Below, one piece after another: positions 7,971 to 16,963 of a stretch of DNA of 64,000 nucleotides. Made by a program: the position numbers and the translations under genes. This DNA comes from Eubacteriales bacterium (GTDB taxonomy: Bacteria > Bacillota > Clostridia > Oscillospirales > CAG-272), in NCBI GenBank assembly GCA_045128275.1, contig JBGVRH010000046.1, positions 51,178 to 115,177 of the forward strand, in the 5' to 3' direction. The notes under the pieces are model-generated. The model was given only the letters and a program-made list of their open reading frames with translations, made no database searches and was not told where the DNA came from. Within the stretch, counting starts at the first letter, position 1; the number at the start of each line of letters is the position of its first letter.

Positions 7971-9614
7971 ATGCAGACCATATCCATGCCCCGACACCGT
8001 CGGGCCACCAACGCCGCGCAGCGGTTCGCGGTCAACGCCCTGTTGCTCATCGCCGTCAACCTCTTCATGCGGACGGTGGGGGTGGCCTTCAACGCCTACC
8101 TGGCGGGGCGGGCGGGGGGTGAGGTCATGGGGCTTCATTCCCTGCTCTTCGGGGTCTACGGCCTGGCCATGACGTTGGGCTGCGGGGGCATCAACCTGGG
8201 GACTACGCGGATGGTGGCTGACGTTATGGGGCGGTTCTGTCCCGTAGGCGAGGGGAGGCCTGTGGAGGACACCCACGAGGGGGAGGCCTGCCGTCGGGCC
8301 ATCCGTCGGGTGCTGGGAAAATGCGTCGGCTACAGTCTCCTCTGCGGCTTCGGGGCGGGGATCCTGCTGTTCACGGCCGCCCCGTGGATCGGTGAGGTCT
8401 GGCTGAACGACGGGCGGACGGTGCTGTCCCTGCGGGTGCTGGCCTTGACCCTCCCACCCATCGCGGTCTGCGCCTGTCTGAACGGATACTTCACGGCGGT
8501 GCGGCGGGTGGCCAAGTCGGCGGCGGTGGGGATCGGGGTACAGTTCCTCCGCATTGGCTTTTGCGCCTACCTCTTGACCCTGTGGCTCCCCGAGGGGGTA
8601 GAGATGACCTGCTTGGCTCTGGTGCTGGGCGGGGCTTTGTCCGAGATCAGCGGACTCCTGCTGACGGTGGTGGCCTACCTGGTAGACCGCCGTCAGCACC
8701 TGCGAAGCGGAGCGGAGGAAGCCCCCGACATAGGGGAGGACGGCTCCACCAAAAAGCTCTTGGGCATCACGGTCCCCGTGACCCTATCGGCCTGCCTGCG
8801 GTCGGGGCTCCTGACCCTTCAGCATATCCTCATCCCGCGGGGCTTGAAGCAAAGCGGGGCGAGCTGGGAAGCGGCGCTAGCCTCCTACGGAGTCCTGCAC
8901 AGCATGGTTCTGCCCGTGGTGCTGTTTCCCTCGGCCTTCATTTCCTCCTTTTCGGGGTTGCTGGTTCCCGAGGTAGCGGAGTCGGTGGCGCGGGGAGACA
9001 ACGAGCGGGTATCCCGCCTGGCGGGCAAGGTCGTGACCCCCGCTCTGATCTTTTCCTTTGGGGTGGCGGGGATCATGGCCTGCTTCGGGTATGAGCTGGG
9101 GGAGGTCATCTACGGCAGTCGGGAGGCGGGAATGTACATCCGTATCCTGGCTCCCCTCATCCCCATCATGTACGTGGACAGCTCGGTGGACGCCTTCCTC
9201 AAGGGCATGGGAGAGCAGGTCTACTCCATGAACGTCAACATTCTGGACGCGGCGGTGTCGGTGCTTCTGGTATGGCTTCTCCTGCCCCGCATGGGGCTAT
9301 GGGGCTACGTGGTGGCCATCTACGCCACCGAGACCCTGAACACCACCCTGTCCCTCTGTCGGATGCTCCGCATGAGCCGTATGCCCGTCCGTCTGTGGAG
9401 ACAGGTCTTCGGGCCCATCCTCTGCGCCGTGGGAGCGACTGCCCTGTGCCGCCTGGGCGGGGCTCTGCTCCATCTGCCCATTGAGGGGACGGCGGCTCTG
9501 GTCATCCATATCGCGGTCTGCGCCGCCGTCTATCTGGGGCTTTGCGTGATCACGGGGGTATGGAGTCGGGAGCAGACACGGGATCTTGGGCGGATCCTTG
9601 GGGTGAAATTTTGA
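7971..9614 (+). CDS. MOP-superfamily flippase (SpoVB/MurJ-like)
   Basis: 547-aa polytopic membrane protein with a polysaccharide-biosynthesis/SpoVB-like N-terminus. Start set at MQTISMP; the upstream extension is antisense to the DUF1343 gene. Confidence 0.7.
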   Translation: MQTISMPRHRRATNAAQRFAVNALLLIAVNLFMRTVGVAFNAYLAGRAGGEVMGLHSLLFGVYGLAMTLGCGGINLGTTRMVADVMGRFCPVGEGRPVEDTHEGEACRRAIRRVLGKCVGYSLLCGFGAGILLFTAAPWIGEVWLNDGRTVLSLRVLALTLPPIAVCACLNGYFTAVRRVAKSAAVGIGVQFLRIGFCAYLLTLWLPEGVEMTCLALVLGGALSEISGLLLTVVAYLVDRRQHLRSGAEEAPDIGEDGSTKKLLGITVPVTLSACLRSGLLTLQHILIPRGLKQSGASWEAALASYGVLHSMVLPVVLFPSAFISSFSGLLVPEVAESVARGDNERVSRLAGKVVTPALIFSFGVAGIMACFGYELGEVIYGSREAGMYIRILAPLIPIMYVDSSVDAFLKGMGEQVYSMNVNILDAAVSVLLVWLLLPRMGLWGYVVAIYATETLNTTLSLCRMLRMSRMPVRLWRQVFGPILCAVGATALCRLGGALLHLPIEGTAALVIHIAVCAAVYLGLCVITGVWSREQTRDLGRILGVKF

Positions 9615-9624
9615 CGAAAACAGC

Positions 9625-9650
9625 AAAGGGAGGCTCTCGCCTCCCTTTTT
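9625..9650. terminator. bidirectional intrinsic terminator
   Basis: AAAGGGAGGC-tctc-GCCTCCCTTT plus T-run, between convergent genes. Confidence 0.6.
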
Positions 9651-9654
9651 CGGG

Positions 9655-10440
9655 TCATTCGGTGGTCTTTTCCCTATCGTGGAAGCGGGTCAGAAGGAGG
9701 ATGGCGGCGAAGTAGAACAGGACACCGACTACGATATCCAGGATCAAGGTCAAGAGCATATCTGCCCAGCCGTCGGTGGAGCCGAAGAGCTTCATGAGTG
9801 TCAGCTGGTAGACGTGGTAGTCGATCTCGCGGAGGAGGAACAGCACCAGGGCGGACACGAAGGCCGTAAGCTGGAGGGGGTTCTTCACAGAGACCAGCTT
9901 GGTGAAGGGGTAGGCGGGGGCGGGGCCGTCGGTCTCGGTCAGCTCGGACTCCAGGGTAGCGCGGCTTACGCGGGCATCGTAGCGCTTTTTGGCCAGTGCA
10001 ATGACCGCCACCGTCACGACGTACTGGAGCAGCTCCAGCAGCACCATGGGCAGGATGATCAGAAGATCCGCCAGCAGATCCTCGCTATCGGGGATAGCGG
10101 AGTTGACGATAACGTCCATGAGGTAGTTGAGGAGGTACTTAACCAGGGTACAAAGGGAGAAAACGGCGATCACCGAGCGGCTCTTTTTCAGGCCCTCCCG
10201 CCAGATGGCGTAGACGGTAGCGGGATAGCAGACCGCGAAGACAGCCAGGTCAATGAGGCCGCCGTCGATGAGATAGTAGAGGATATTGGTGTACCAGGCA
10301 TCCACGTAGCTGACGTTGGAGGCAAGCTGGATGTAGAGGGGATGAAGAACAATGGCCTTGATGCCGAAGGCCAGAGCGGCCACCAGTGCCACCAGCTTCA
10401 GCATGCGGCGGACGGGCGATTGAGTACGGGACTGAGCCAT
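9655..10440 (-). CDS. hypothetical integral membrane protein
   Basis: 261 aa with about 6 hydrophobic helices. No family recognised. Confidence 0.55.
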   Translation of the reverse strand: MAQSRTQSPVRRMLKLVALVAALAFGIKAIVLHPLYIQLASNVSYVDAWYTNILYYLIDGGLIDLAVFAVCYPATVYAIWREGLKKSRSVIAVFSLCTLVKYLLNYLMDVIVNSAIPDSEDLLADLLIILPMVLLELLQYVVTVAVIALAKKRYDARVSRATLESELTETDGPAPAYPFTKLVSVKNPLQLTAFVSALVLFLLREIDYHVYQLTLMKLFGSTDGWADMLLTLILDIVVGVLFYFAAILLLTRFHDREKTTE

Positions 10441-10529
10441 AAGAGGATCCTTTCGGTTGGAGATTGATCGGTTACAGTATAAACCAAAACCGTGAAAATT
10501 GCAAGGGGTAAATCGAAATTTTCGGTTAA

Positions 10530-11510
10530 TTATGGAAGAAAGCTCCCGGCGAAGGTCTGCTTGAGGAGTTCAAAGTCGGGTTTGCTTCCCTGCGCCTGCT
10601 TACAGGCCTCCACCACCGCGCCGAAAACGGGGGGCATATCCGCTACGGTGTAGACGGCGGGGACGGCCGGATCGGTAAGGGAGGCGATGCGGTTCTGCCA
10701 GGCGGGAGACTCGTGCAGGGAGATGCCGCCTCCCATGACCACGGTAAGGATATCGGGGGCGGGGCGGCCGTCGGCGGTCAGATGGCGCCAGGCGGTCTCG
10801 GCGTACTCGGCCAGCTTGCGGGCGTTGCGTTGCAGAATGGCCTCGGCTACGGCATCGCCTTCACGGGCGGCTCGGAAGACCAGGGGGGCGCAGGCGGCGA
10901 TGTAGGGCTTGCCCTCGCTGTAGATCTCGGTGATGCGGGTATTGACCGCGCCGCCCAGGTGCTCCGCCAGAAGCTCGGACAGAATCGTGGCCTCGCCTCG
11001 GCCGTCGAAGTGGCGAAGGGCGGCCTCCAGAGCATCGCGGCCCATGTCAAAACCGCTCCCGCCGCTATCCAGCAGGTAGCCCCAGCCCCCGATGCGAACC
11101 ATTTCCTCGCCGCGGCGGAGGAAGCAGGCGCTTCCCGTTCCGCAGATGATGCAGGCTCCGTCTCCTTCGGGGAGGCCTCCCGACAACAGGATGTGGATAT
11201 CCGAGCGGACGGCCAAAGCCCCCGCCGCGGGAAAGGCCTCACGCAGGGTACTCTCCAGGGCAGGGCCGTAATTGATGCCTCCCGCGATGCCGAAAAACAG
11301 GGAGAGCTCGGGGAGGGCGGACTCGGTCAAGCCCGCTTTTTCCAAAAGGTCACGGCAAAGCCCCGTCAGCCGCTCCACCGACACGGGGAGGGTGACGTCG
11401 TTGGGGTTGGTGGCGTTGGTCTTGGCTTGGGACAGGACGGTACCGTCCATGGCGGTGAGCACACCCAGAGTTTTGGTGCCGCCGCCGTCAATGCCCATGA
11501 GGTAGCGCAT
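10530..11510 (-). CDS. BadF/BadG/BcrA/BcrD-type ATPase (N-acetylglucosamine kinase-like)
   Basis: 326 aa. MRYLMGIDGGGTKTLGVL phosphate-1 motif and CGTGS motif of the ASKHA fold. Confidence 0.75.
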   Translation of the reverse strand: MRYLMGIDGGGTKTLGVLTAMDGTVLSQAKTNATNPNDVTLPVSVERLTGLCRDLLEKAGLTESALPELSLFFGIAGGINYGPALESTLREAFPAAGALAVRSDIHILLSGGLPEGDGACIICGTGSACFLRRGEEMVRIGGWGYLLDSGGSGFDMGRDALEAALRHFDGRGEATILSELLAEHLGGAVNTRITEIYSEGKPYIAACAPLVFRAAREGDAVAEAILQRNARKLAEYAETAWRHLTADGRPAPDILTVVMGGGISLHESPAWQNRIASLTDPAVPAVYTVADMPPVFGAVVEACKQAQGSKPDFELLKQTFAGSFLP

Positions 11511-11568
11511 AGTGCCTCCTTACTTGAAAGAATCCCCACAAGGCTTACGCTCCCATGGGGATTTCGGT

Positions 11569-12264
11569 TCAGTATCGTTTGGCGTCCTTGAGGAGGGTCG
11601 CCGTGGTACGCATGATGTGGTCGACGTGGTCGGTCATGGTGCTCATGACCTTGGTGAAGGGGGCGTAGGATTTGGGGTTGTTTCCGTGCAGGTCGCTTCC
11701 AAAGGCTACGATCTTACCGTCCTCGATCCAGCGGAGCAGGTGCTTGGGCTTGAAGAGCTTGACCAGAGAATCGCAGTTGATCTGTCCGTAGAGGCCCATG
11801 TCGAAGAGCTCCTCGATGGACTCCTTGGGGTATCGATCCACGTGAGCCAGCACGGGGTTGATTCCCTGCTTCTTGATCTCCCGCACCGTATTGTACAGGG
11901 ACCGATCCCAGTCACCGTGGGTGAAGGGCATTTCCAGAAGCATCACGTCGGTTCCTTGGACACACAGATCCCGCAGTCCCTCCATGTTCTCCAGCCCCTG
12001 GCAGATCAGCACCTCGGCACCCAGAAGGATGCTCGGACGGCGGCCGTGGCCGTATCCCTTGAGGAGAAGCTTCAGACTGTCCTCCCGCTCCTCTAAAAAA
12101 ACTTCGGGCAGGATGTCCTGGGGATAGAAGTGGGAGGTGGCGCAGACCGTGGTCACGCCCGCCTGTCCGATCATGGCAAGCTGGTCAACCGCCGTCGCGG
12201 TACGACCCGAGCCGTGATCCATGTGCGGAAGAATGTGCGCATGAAAATCGATCAACTCTGCCAT
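11569..12264 (-). CDS. PHP-family protein-tyrosine phosphatase (CpsB/YwqE-like)
   Basis: MAELIDFHAHILPHMDHGS... metal-binding His motifs. Lies downstream of a BY-kinase. N-terminal ORF extension trimmed. Confidence 0.8.
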   Translation of the reverse strand: MAELIDFHAHILPHMDHGSGRTATAVDQLAMIGQAGVTTVCATSHFYPQDILPEVFLEEREDSLKLLLKGYGHGRRPSILLGAEVLICQGLENMEGLRDLCVQGTDVMLLEMPFTHGDWDRSLYNTVREIKKQGINPVLAHVDRYPKESIEELFDMGLYGQINCDSLVKLFKPKHLLRWIEDGKIVAFGSDLHGNNPKSYAPFTKVMSTMTDHVDHIMRTTATLLKDAKRY

Positions 12265-12546
12265 GGTATTCCCTTCTTTCCTGTAAGGCATCCTGCCCTG
12301 CGGTGGTGTTCTGACAAAGATCAATCCTTGGGTAATCGGCTCATGACCTTCATGATCCTGGCTCGTGCCCGGGCGTTTTTGGTCTTCAGGGATGTATCCC
12401 GCTTCCCGTTTTCACGCTTGGGGAGAGTTCTGTACCCGTGGGAGAGCTTGAACGAGCTTCCCTTTGAGGATAGTCTCATGGTTGCACGCCGCTTGAGCTT
12501 GTCCTTGTCGGCGCGCTTGACAAATTTCGTTGGAGTCCTTTGAACT

Positions 12547-14487
12547 TTAGTCTGCGGTCTCGGAGTCACGAAAGCTATCGTGAGTATCCTCAACCTCCTC
12601 GGTCTCGATTACTTCCTCGGTCTCGGCGGTCTCGACGGTCTCGGCGGTCTCGACGGTCTCAACGGTCTCCTCGACCATGGCGGTCTCGGGAGCGGCCTCC
12701 ATGATCTCGGTCTCGGGAGTCAGCACCTCGGTGTCCTCCACGTCGGCCAAGGTCTCGTCAGCGGCAATGGCCTCTTCATGGGCCTGGCTGTATCGGCTGG
12801 CTGCGTAAGAGGTTCCGCCGTAGGAACTGCCGTAGCGGCTGTAACGGCTGTAACCGTAACGGGTGTAATAGCCCTTATAGTAGCCGTACTTGAAGTGACG
12901 GTAGTAGCCCGACTTACCGTAGCGGAAGCGGTACTTACTGTAGCCGCTGTAATACTTGTTCTTGTAGTAGTCGCCGGACTTGATGTCGATATCGTTCAGA
13001 ATGAAGCCCGAAAGCGTTGCGCCAAAGCCCTCCATGATCTCAACGGCCAGGGAGATCATGCGGCGGTCGGAGTAACCGGAACGGATGACGAAGGTGTAAC
13101 CCGTCACCTGATCGTAGATGATACCGGCGTCGCTGACCTCACACACGGGAGGCAGGTCGATCAGCACCACGTCGTACTCTTCCTTAACGGTATCCATGAA
13201 CTTCTTCATGTTCTCGGAGGCCAGAAGCTCGGCGGGGTTGGGGGGGATCTTACCGCTGGTGATGATGTTGAGGTTCTCGTAGCCGCCGTTTCTGCGGTAG
13301 ATATCCTCGTAGCTGCACATACCGGCCAGCAGGTCGCTCATACCCTGAACCTTATTGTCCAGGCCGAAGATCTTGTGGATAACGGGGCAACGCAGGTCTC
13401 CGTCGATGAGCAGAACCTTCTTGTTCATCTGGGCGAAGGACACGGCCACGTTGGAAATGATCAGGGACTTACCCGCGCTGACGTAGGCGGAGGTCATACC
13501 ATACACGGCGCACTTCTCGCCTCGGGTGGTGTAGCACAGGTTGGTACGCAGAGCCTTGAAGGCCTCGGTGATGGCGAAGGGGGTCTTCTTATTCAGGAGG
13601 CGGCCCTCGTAGTCACGCTCGGACATCAGGTTTCCGCTGTCGGGGCTCTTGGAGTCCTTGCTTCCCTTGATGTGATCCCTCTTGGACTTATCCTTGAAGG
13701 CCTTGCTGCCGACCTTGGAATTCTCCCAGGTGGGGATCTGACCGATCACGGGGACCGTGAAGTGGTTCTTCAGATCCTCCTCGTTGTAGATGGTATAGTC
13801 GAAGTAGGTACGGAGCAGGCAGAAGAGATACACGGCAACCAGACCGATGGCAAAGCCGATAACGGTGTACAGGGTAACGTTACGGCCCATGAAGGTGACG
13901 CGATCCTCGCTGACCATGGTAATGGCCTTGGCCACGCTGTCGATGTTCTCCACGCCCTCGGGGTTCTCCACGCCGAAGTAGTAGTCCATGGAGGCGGGAA
14001 CGGTGTTCTGCAACGCCGTGGAAACGTCCAAGACAAACTGCTTGTCCACCCCGGATACCGTCACGTTCACGATCTGGGTATCCACGGTCACTGTCAGCAT
14101 TCCGCGGATCTGACGGCGGGTGATATTGGTATACTTCTCGCCGTAATTTTTCTTCAGGTACTCGCAGATGTTGTTGAGTGCCTTATCCTCGTTGATGATG
14201 TAGGGGGCATTGTAGGCGATGTTCAAAGCCGAGGAGCTGTTGGGGTTGGCGACAACCTGCACAAGCTCGTTGGTGTCGGATGCATAATGGTAGCTCAGAC
14301 CGTTCATGAGGAATTTGGTATCCAGATTATAGTACGGCTCAGCGTTGGTATAACGGTAAAGACCCAAAGCCGCGGCCAAAAGCACGGCAACGACTCCGAT
14401 CTTGATAAAATTACCTAATAAAACTCTCCACAAAAGGAGAACGTCCACTTGGCCCTTTTGCTGTTCCTTGATGTAACGACTTGCCAT
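12547..14487 (-). CDS. fused Wzz-like chain-length determinant / BY-type tyrosine kinase
   Basis: 646 aa. N-terminal region has 2 TM helices (Wzz-like). Walker A SAGKS, A' LLIDGDLRCP, B DVVLIDLPP. C-terminal Tyr cluster (YYKNKYYSGYSKY...), then an acidic ETVETVETAETVE repeat tail. Confidence 0.85.
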   Translation of the reverse strand: MASRYIKEQQKGQVDVLLLWRVLLGNFIKIGVVAVLLAAALGLYRYTNAEPYYNLDTKFLMNGLSYHYASDTNELVQVVANPNSSSALNIAYNAPYIINEDKALNNICEYLKKNYGEKYTNITRRQIRGMLTVTVDTQIVNVTVSGVDKQFVLDVSTALQNTVPASMDYYFGVENPEGVENIDSVAKAITMVSEDRVTFMGRNVTLYTVIGFAIGLVAVYLFCLLRTYFDYTIYNEEDLKNHFTVPVIGQIPTWENSKVGSKAFKDKSKRDHIKGSKDSKSPDSGNLMSERDYEGRLLNKKTPFAITEAFKALRTNLCYTTRGEKCAVYGMTSAYVSAGKSLIISNVAVSFAQMNKKVLLIDGDLRCPVIHKIFGLDNKVQGMSDLLAGMCSYEDIYRRNGGYENLNIITSGKIPPNPAELLASENMKKFMDTVKEEYDVVLIDLPPVCEVSDAGIIYDQVTGYTFVIRSGYSDRRMISLAVEIMEGFGATLSGFILNDIDIKSGDYYKNKYYSGYSKYRFRYGKSGYYRHFKYGYYKGYYTRYGYSRYSRYGSSYGGTSYAASRYSQAHEEAIAADETLADVEDTEVLTPETEIMEAAPETAMVEETVETVETAETVETAETEEVIETEEVEDTHDSFRDSETAD

Positions 14488-14619
14488 GAGATCAGCGGTT
14501 CCTTTCTTTTTTTGGCATTACGGCAGAGTTCTCCACCGCATAAACATACATGATATATTATACACGATGTTCCCTCGTTTGTCAAGTGTTTTTTTCATGA
14601 ATCTTTGGTGGTGCTCTAC

Positions 14620-14656
14620 AAAAAAACAGGACGCAATGCCGAAGCATTGCGTCCCG
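14620..14656 (-). terminator. intrinsic terminator of tsf
   Basis: Minus strand: GGGACGCAATGC-ttcg-GCATTGCGTCC followed by TGTTTTTTT. Confidence 0.8.
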
Positions 14657-14676
14657 CAAAATTCGATATTCGGGAA

Positions 14677-15603
14677 TTACTTGCCGCTTGCGAGCTTCTC
14701 GATCTCAGCAGCGAAGTCCTCTTCCTTCTTCTCGATACCCTCGCCCTTCTCGAAGCGGGAGAAGGAAGCGATGGTGATGTTGCCGCCAAGCTCCTTGGCA
14801 GTCTTGGCCACGTACTGAGCGACGGTCATGTCGTCCTCCTTGACGTAAGCCATATCGACCAGGCAGTTTGCCTCGTAGAACTTGCCCAGCTTACCCATGA
14901 TGATGCCGTCCAGAACCTTCTCGGGCTTGTTGGCCATCTTGGGATCGTTAGCCAGCTGAACCTTGATGATAGCCTTCTCGGACTCGATCACGGAAGCGGG
15001 AACGTCGTTTCTGGTCAGGTAAGGAGTGGGGTATGCGCCGATCTGCAGAGCGATGTTCTTGGCGAAGTCAGCGAAGCCCTCCTTGTCGCCGCAGTCGGTG
15101 TCGAACTTAACGATAACACCGATGGAGCCTGCGCCGTGGATGTAGGTAGCGGTCAGACCCTCGACCAGGACGAAGCGGCGAACGCTCAGCTTCTCACCGA
15201 TCTTGAAGATCTCCTCCTTCACCTTCTCCTCGACGGTGATGCCACCCTCGACATACTGGGAAGCCATCAGAGCCTCCAGGTTCTCGGGCTTGGTAGCCAG
15301 GATGGTCTTCAGCAGGTTGGAGACGAACTCCTGGAAGGACTCGTTCTTAGCGACGAAGTCGGTCTCGGAGTTGACCTCGATCATAGCGGTCAGGTCGCCC
15401 TCCTTCATGATGGCAACGATACCATCGGCGGCGATACGGGTTGCGATCTTGGAAGCGGCCTTCAGCTCGCCCTTCTCGCGGAGCAGCTTGATAGCGGCCT
15501 CGAAGTCGCCGTCAGTCTCAACGAGTGCCTTCTTGCACTCCATCATACCGATACCGGTCTGCTTACGCAGCTCGGCAACGTCCTTTGCGGAAATGTTTGC
15601 CAT
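14677..15603 (-). CDS. tsf: elongation factor Ts
   Basis: 308 aa, MANISAKDVAELRKQTGIGMMECKKALVETDGDFEAAIKLLREKG. Confidence 0.95.
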   Translation of the reverse strand: MANISAKDVAELRKQTGIGMMECKKALVETDGDFEAAIKLLREKGELKAASKIATRIAADGIVAIMKEGDLTAMIEVNSETDFVAKNESFQEFVSNLLKTILATKPENLEALMASQYVEGGITVEEKVKEEIFKIGEKLSVRRFVLVEGLTATYIHGAGSIGVIVKFDTDCGDKEGFADFAKNIALQIGAYPTPYLTRNDVPASVIESEKAIIKVQLANDPKMANKPEKVLDGIIMGKLGKFYEANCLVDMAYVKEDDMTVAQYVAKTAKELGGNITIASFSRFEKGEGIEKKEEDFAAEIEKLASGK

Positions 15604-15647
15604 GATAGTTTACCTCTTTTTTATAGAATAGGGGTGAGTGCGGAAAA

Positions 15648-16376
15648 TTACTCAGCGTCGGTAGCCTCGACGGTCTCAGCCTCGGTGGTCTGCTCGCCCT
15701 GACGGCCCTCGATGACGGCGTCAGCCATAACGGAGGAGATCAGCTTGATGGCGCGGATAGCGTCGTCGTTACCGGGGATGACGTAGTCGGCATCGTCGGG
15801 ATCGCAGTTGGTATCCACGATAGCGATCACGGGAATACCCAGCTTCTTGGCCTCGAGAACAGCGATGTGCTCCTTGTGGGGGTCAACGATGAAGATAGCG
15901 TCGGGCAGCTTCTCCATGGTCTTGATACCGCCGTAGGACTTCTCCATGTCGAAGATCTCCTTCTGCAGACCTGCAACCTCCTTCTTGGGGAGCAGATCGA
16001 AGGTGCCGTCCTCCTGCATCTTGTTCAGACCGTTCAGGCGGCTGATGGAGCGCTTGATGGTCTTGTAGTTGGTCAGCATACCGCCGGGCCAACGAACGTT
16101 GACATAGTACTGGCCGCAGCGCTCAGCCTCTTCCTTGATGGCCTCGGCTGCCTGCTTCTTGGTACCGACGAACAGAACGGTGCCGCCCTGAGCGGAGAGG
16201 TCACGAACGAAGTTGTAGGCCTCCTCGAACTTCTTCACGGTCTTCTGCAGGTCGATGATGTAGATGCCGTTTCTCTCGGTGAAGATGTACTCCTGCATCT
16301 TGGGGTTCCAGCGGCGGGTGTGGTGACCGAAGTGGACACCGGCCTCCAGCAGCTGCTTGATGGTGATGATAGACAT
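15648..16376 (-). CDS. rpsB: 30S ribosomal protein S2
   Basis: [27 protein letters not shown]...; start at 16376 with AAGGAGG RBS. Confidence 0.95.
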   Translation of the reverse strand: MSIITIKQLLEAGVHFGHHTRRWNPKMQEYIFTERNGIYIIDLQKTVKKFEEAYNFVRDLSAQGGTVLFVGTKKQAAEAIKEEAERCGQYYVNVRWPGGMLTNYKTIKRSISRLNGLNKMQEDGTFDLLPKKEVAGLQKEIFDMEKSYGGIKTMEKLPDAIFIVDPHKEHIAVLEAKKLGIPVIAIVDTNCDPDDADYVIPGNDDAIRAIKLISSVMADAVIEGRQGEQTTEAETVEATDAE

Positions 16377-16511
16377 TTCTATGTCCTCCTTTTGGTTTTT
16401 CCACCACAGAGGCACGTGCGGCTGATCCCGAAAAGCCATTTTCGGGACACCAAGCCAACGATTGCGTCTGTGTGTGTATTGATTATGTGTGCTTTTTGCG
16501 CACACTGGTGT

Positions 16512-16540
16512 ATTATATCATACATCCTCACAAAGTGCAA
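16512..16540 (-). promoter_or_regulatory. sigma-A-type promoter of rpsB-tsf
   Basis: Minus strand: TTGCAC, 17-nt spacer, TATAAT, about 135 nt upstream of the rpsB ATG. Confidence 0.5.
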
Positions 16541-16628
16541 GAGGATTTTTTCGTTTTTACAATTTATTTACAATTGACCGGACCACCGTGAAAAATACCG
16601 TCCCGCAAGTCCACGGGACGGTACTCCT

Positions 16629-16913
16629 TCATTTTTTGCGGCTGCTTCCCCGCTCCAGACAGCTGGACAGCTCGGCGGCGGTGAGCTTGACCAGGACGGT
16701 GTCCTCTCCGATGCACTCCACGCGGCACCAGGGGATGCGGTAGTGCTCGGCCTTGGCGAAGCTGAACAGACCGCAGTCCTTGGGGATGATGAGGGCGGTG
16801 ATCTTGCCGTCCTCGGGACAGAGGGCCACCGCCGTGGGGTAGCCCAGCTTACCGCCGTCGCAGAGGTTGATGACCTCCATACAGGCAAGCTCGCTCGTGG
16901 TGATCTCTCTCAT
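16629..16913 (-). CDS. YlmC/YmxH-family sporulation protein (PRC barrel)
   Basis: 94 aa, ...ELACMEVINLCDGGKLGYPTAVALCPEDGKITALIIP... is typical of YlmC/YmxH. Confidence 0.85.
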   Translation of the reverse strand: MREITTSELACMEVINLCDGGKLGYPTAVALCPEDGKITALIIPKDCGLFSFAKAEHYRIPWCRVECIGEDTVLVKLTAAELSSCLERGSSRKK

Positions 16914-16963
16914 AGGTTCTCCTCCATACCAGTATGGCAGAGGATATGCGGAGAAGGCGGGGT

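Noticed and set aside
12321-12593. A 90-aa, very basic ORF in the kinase-phosphatase spacer (internal start MRLSSKGSSFKL...).
   Set aside because: It has no Shine-Dalgarno at either candidate start, its 5' part overlaps the kinase 3' end, and its composition looks like random translation. It is noted only as part of the unexplained 282-nt spacer.
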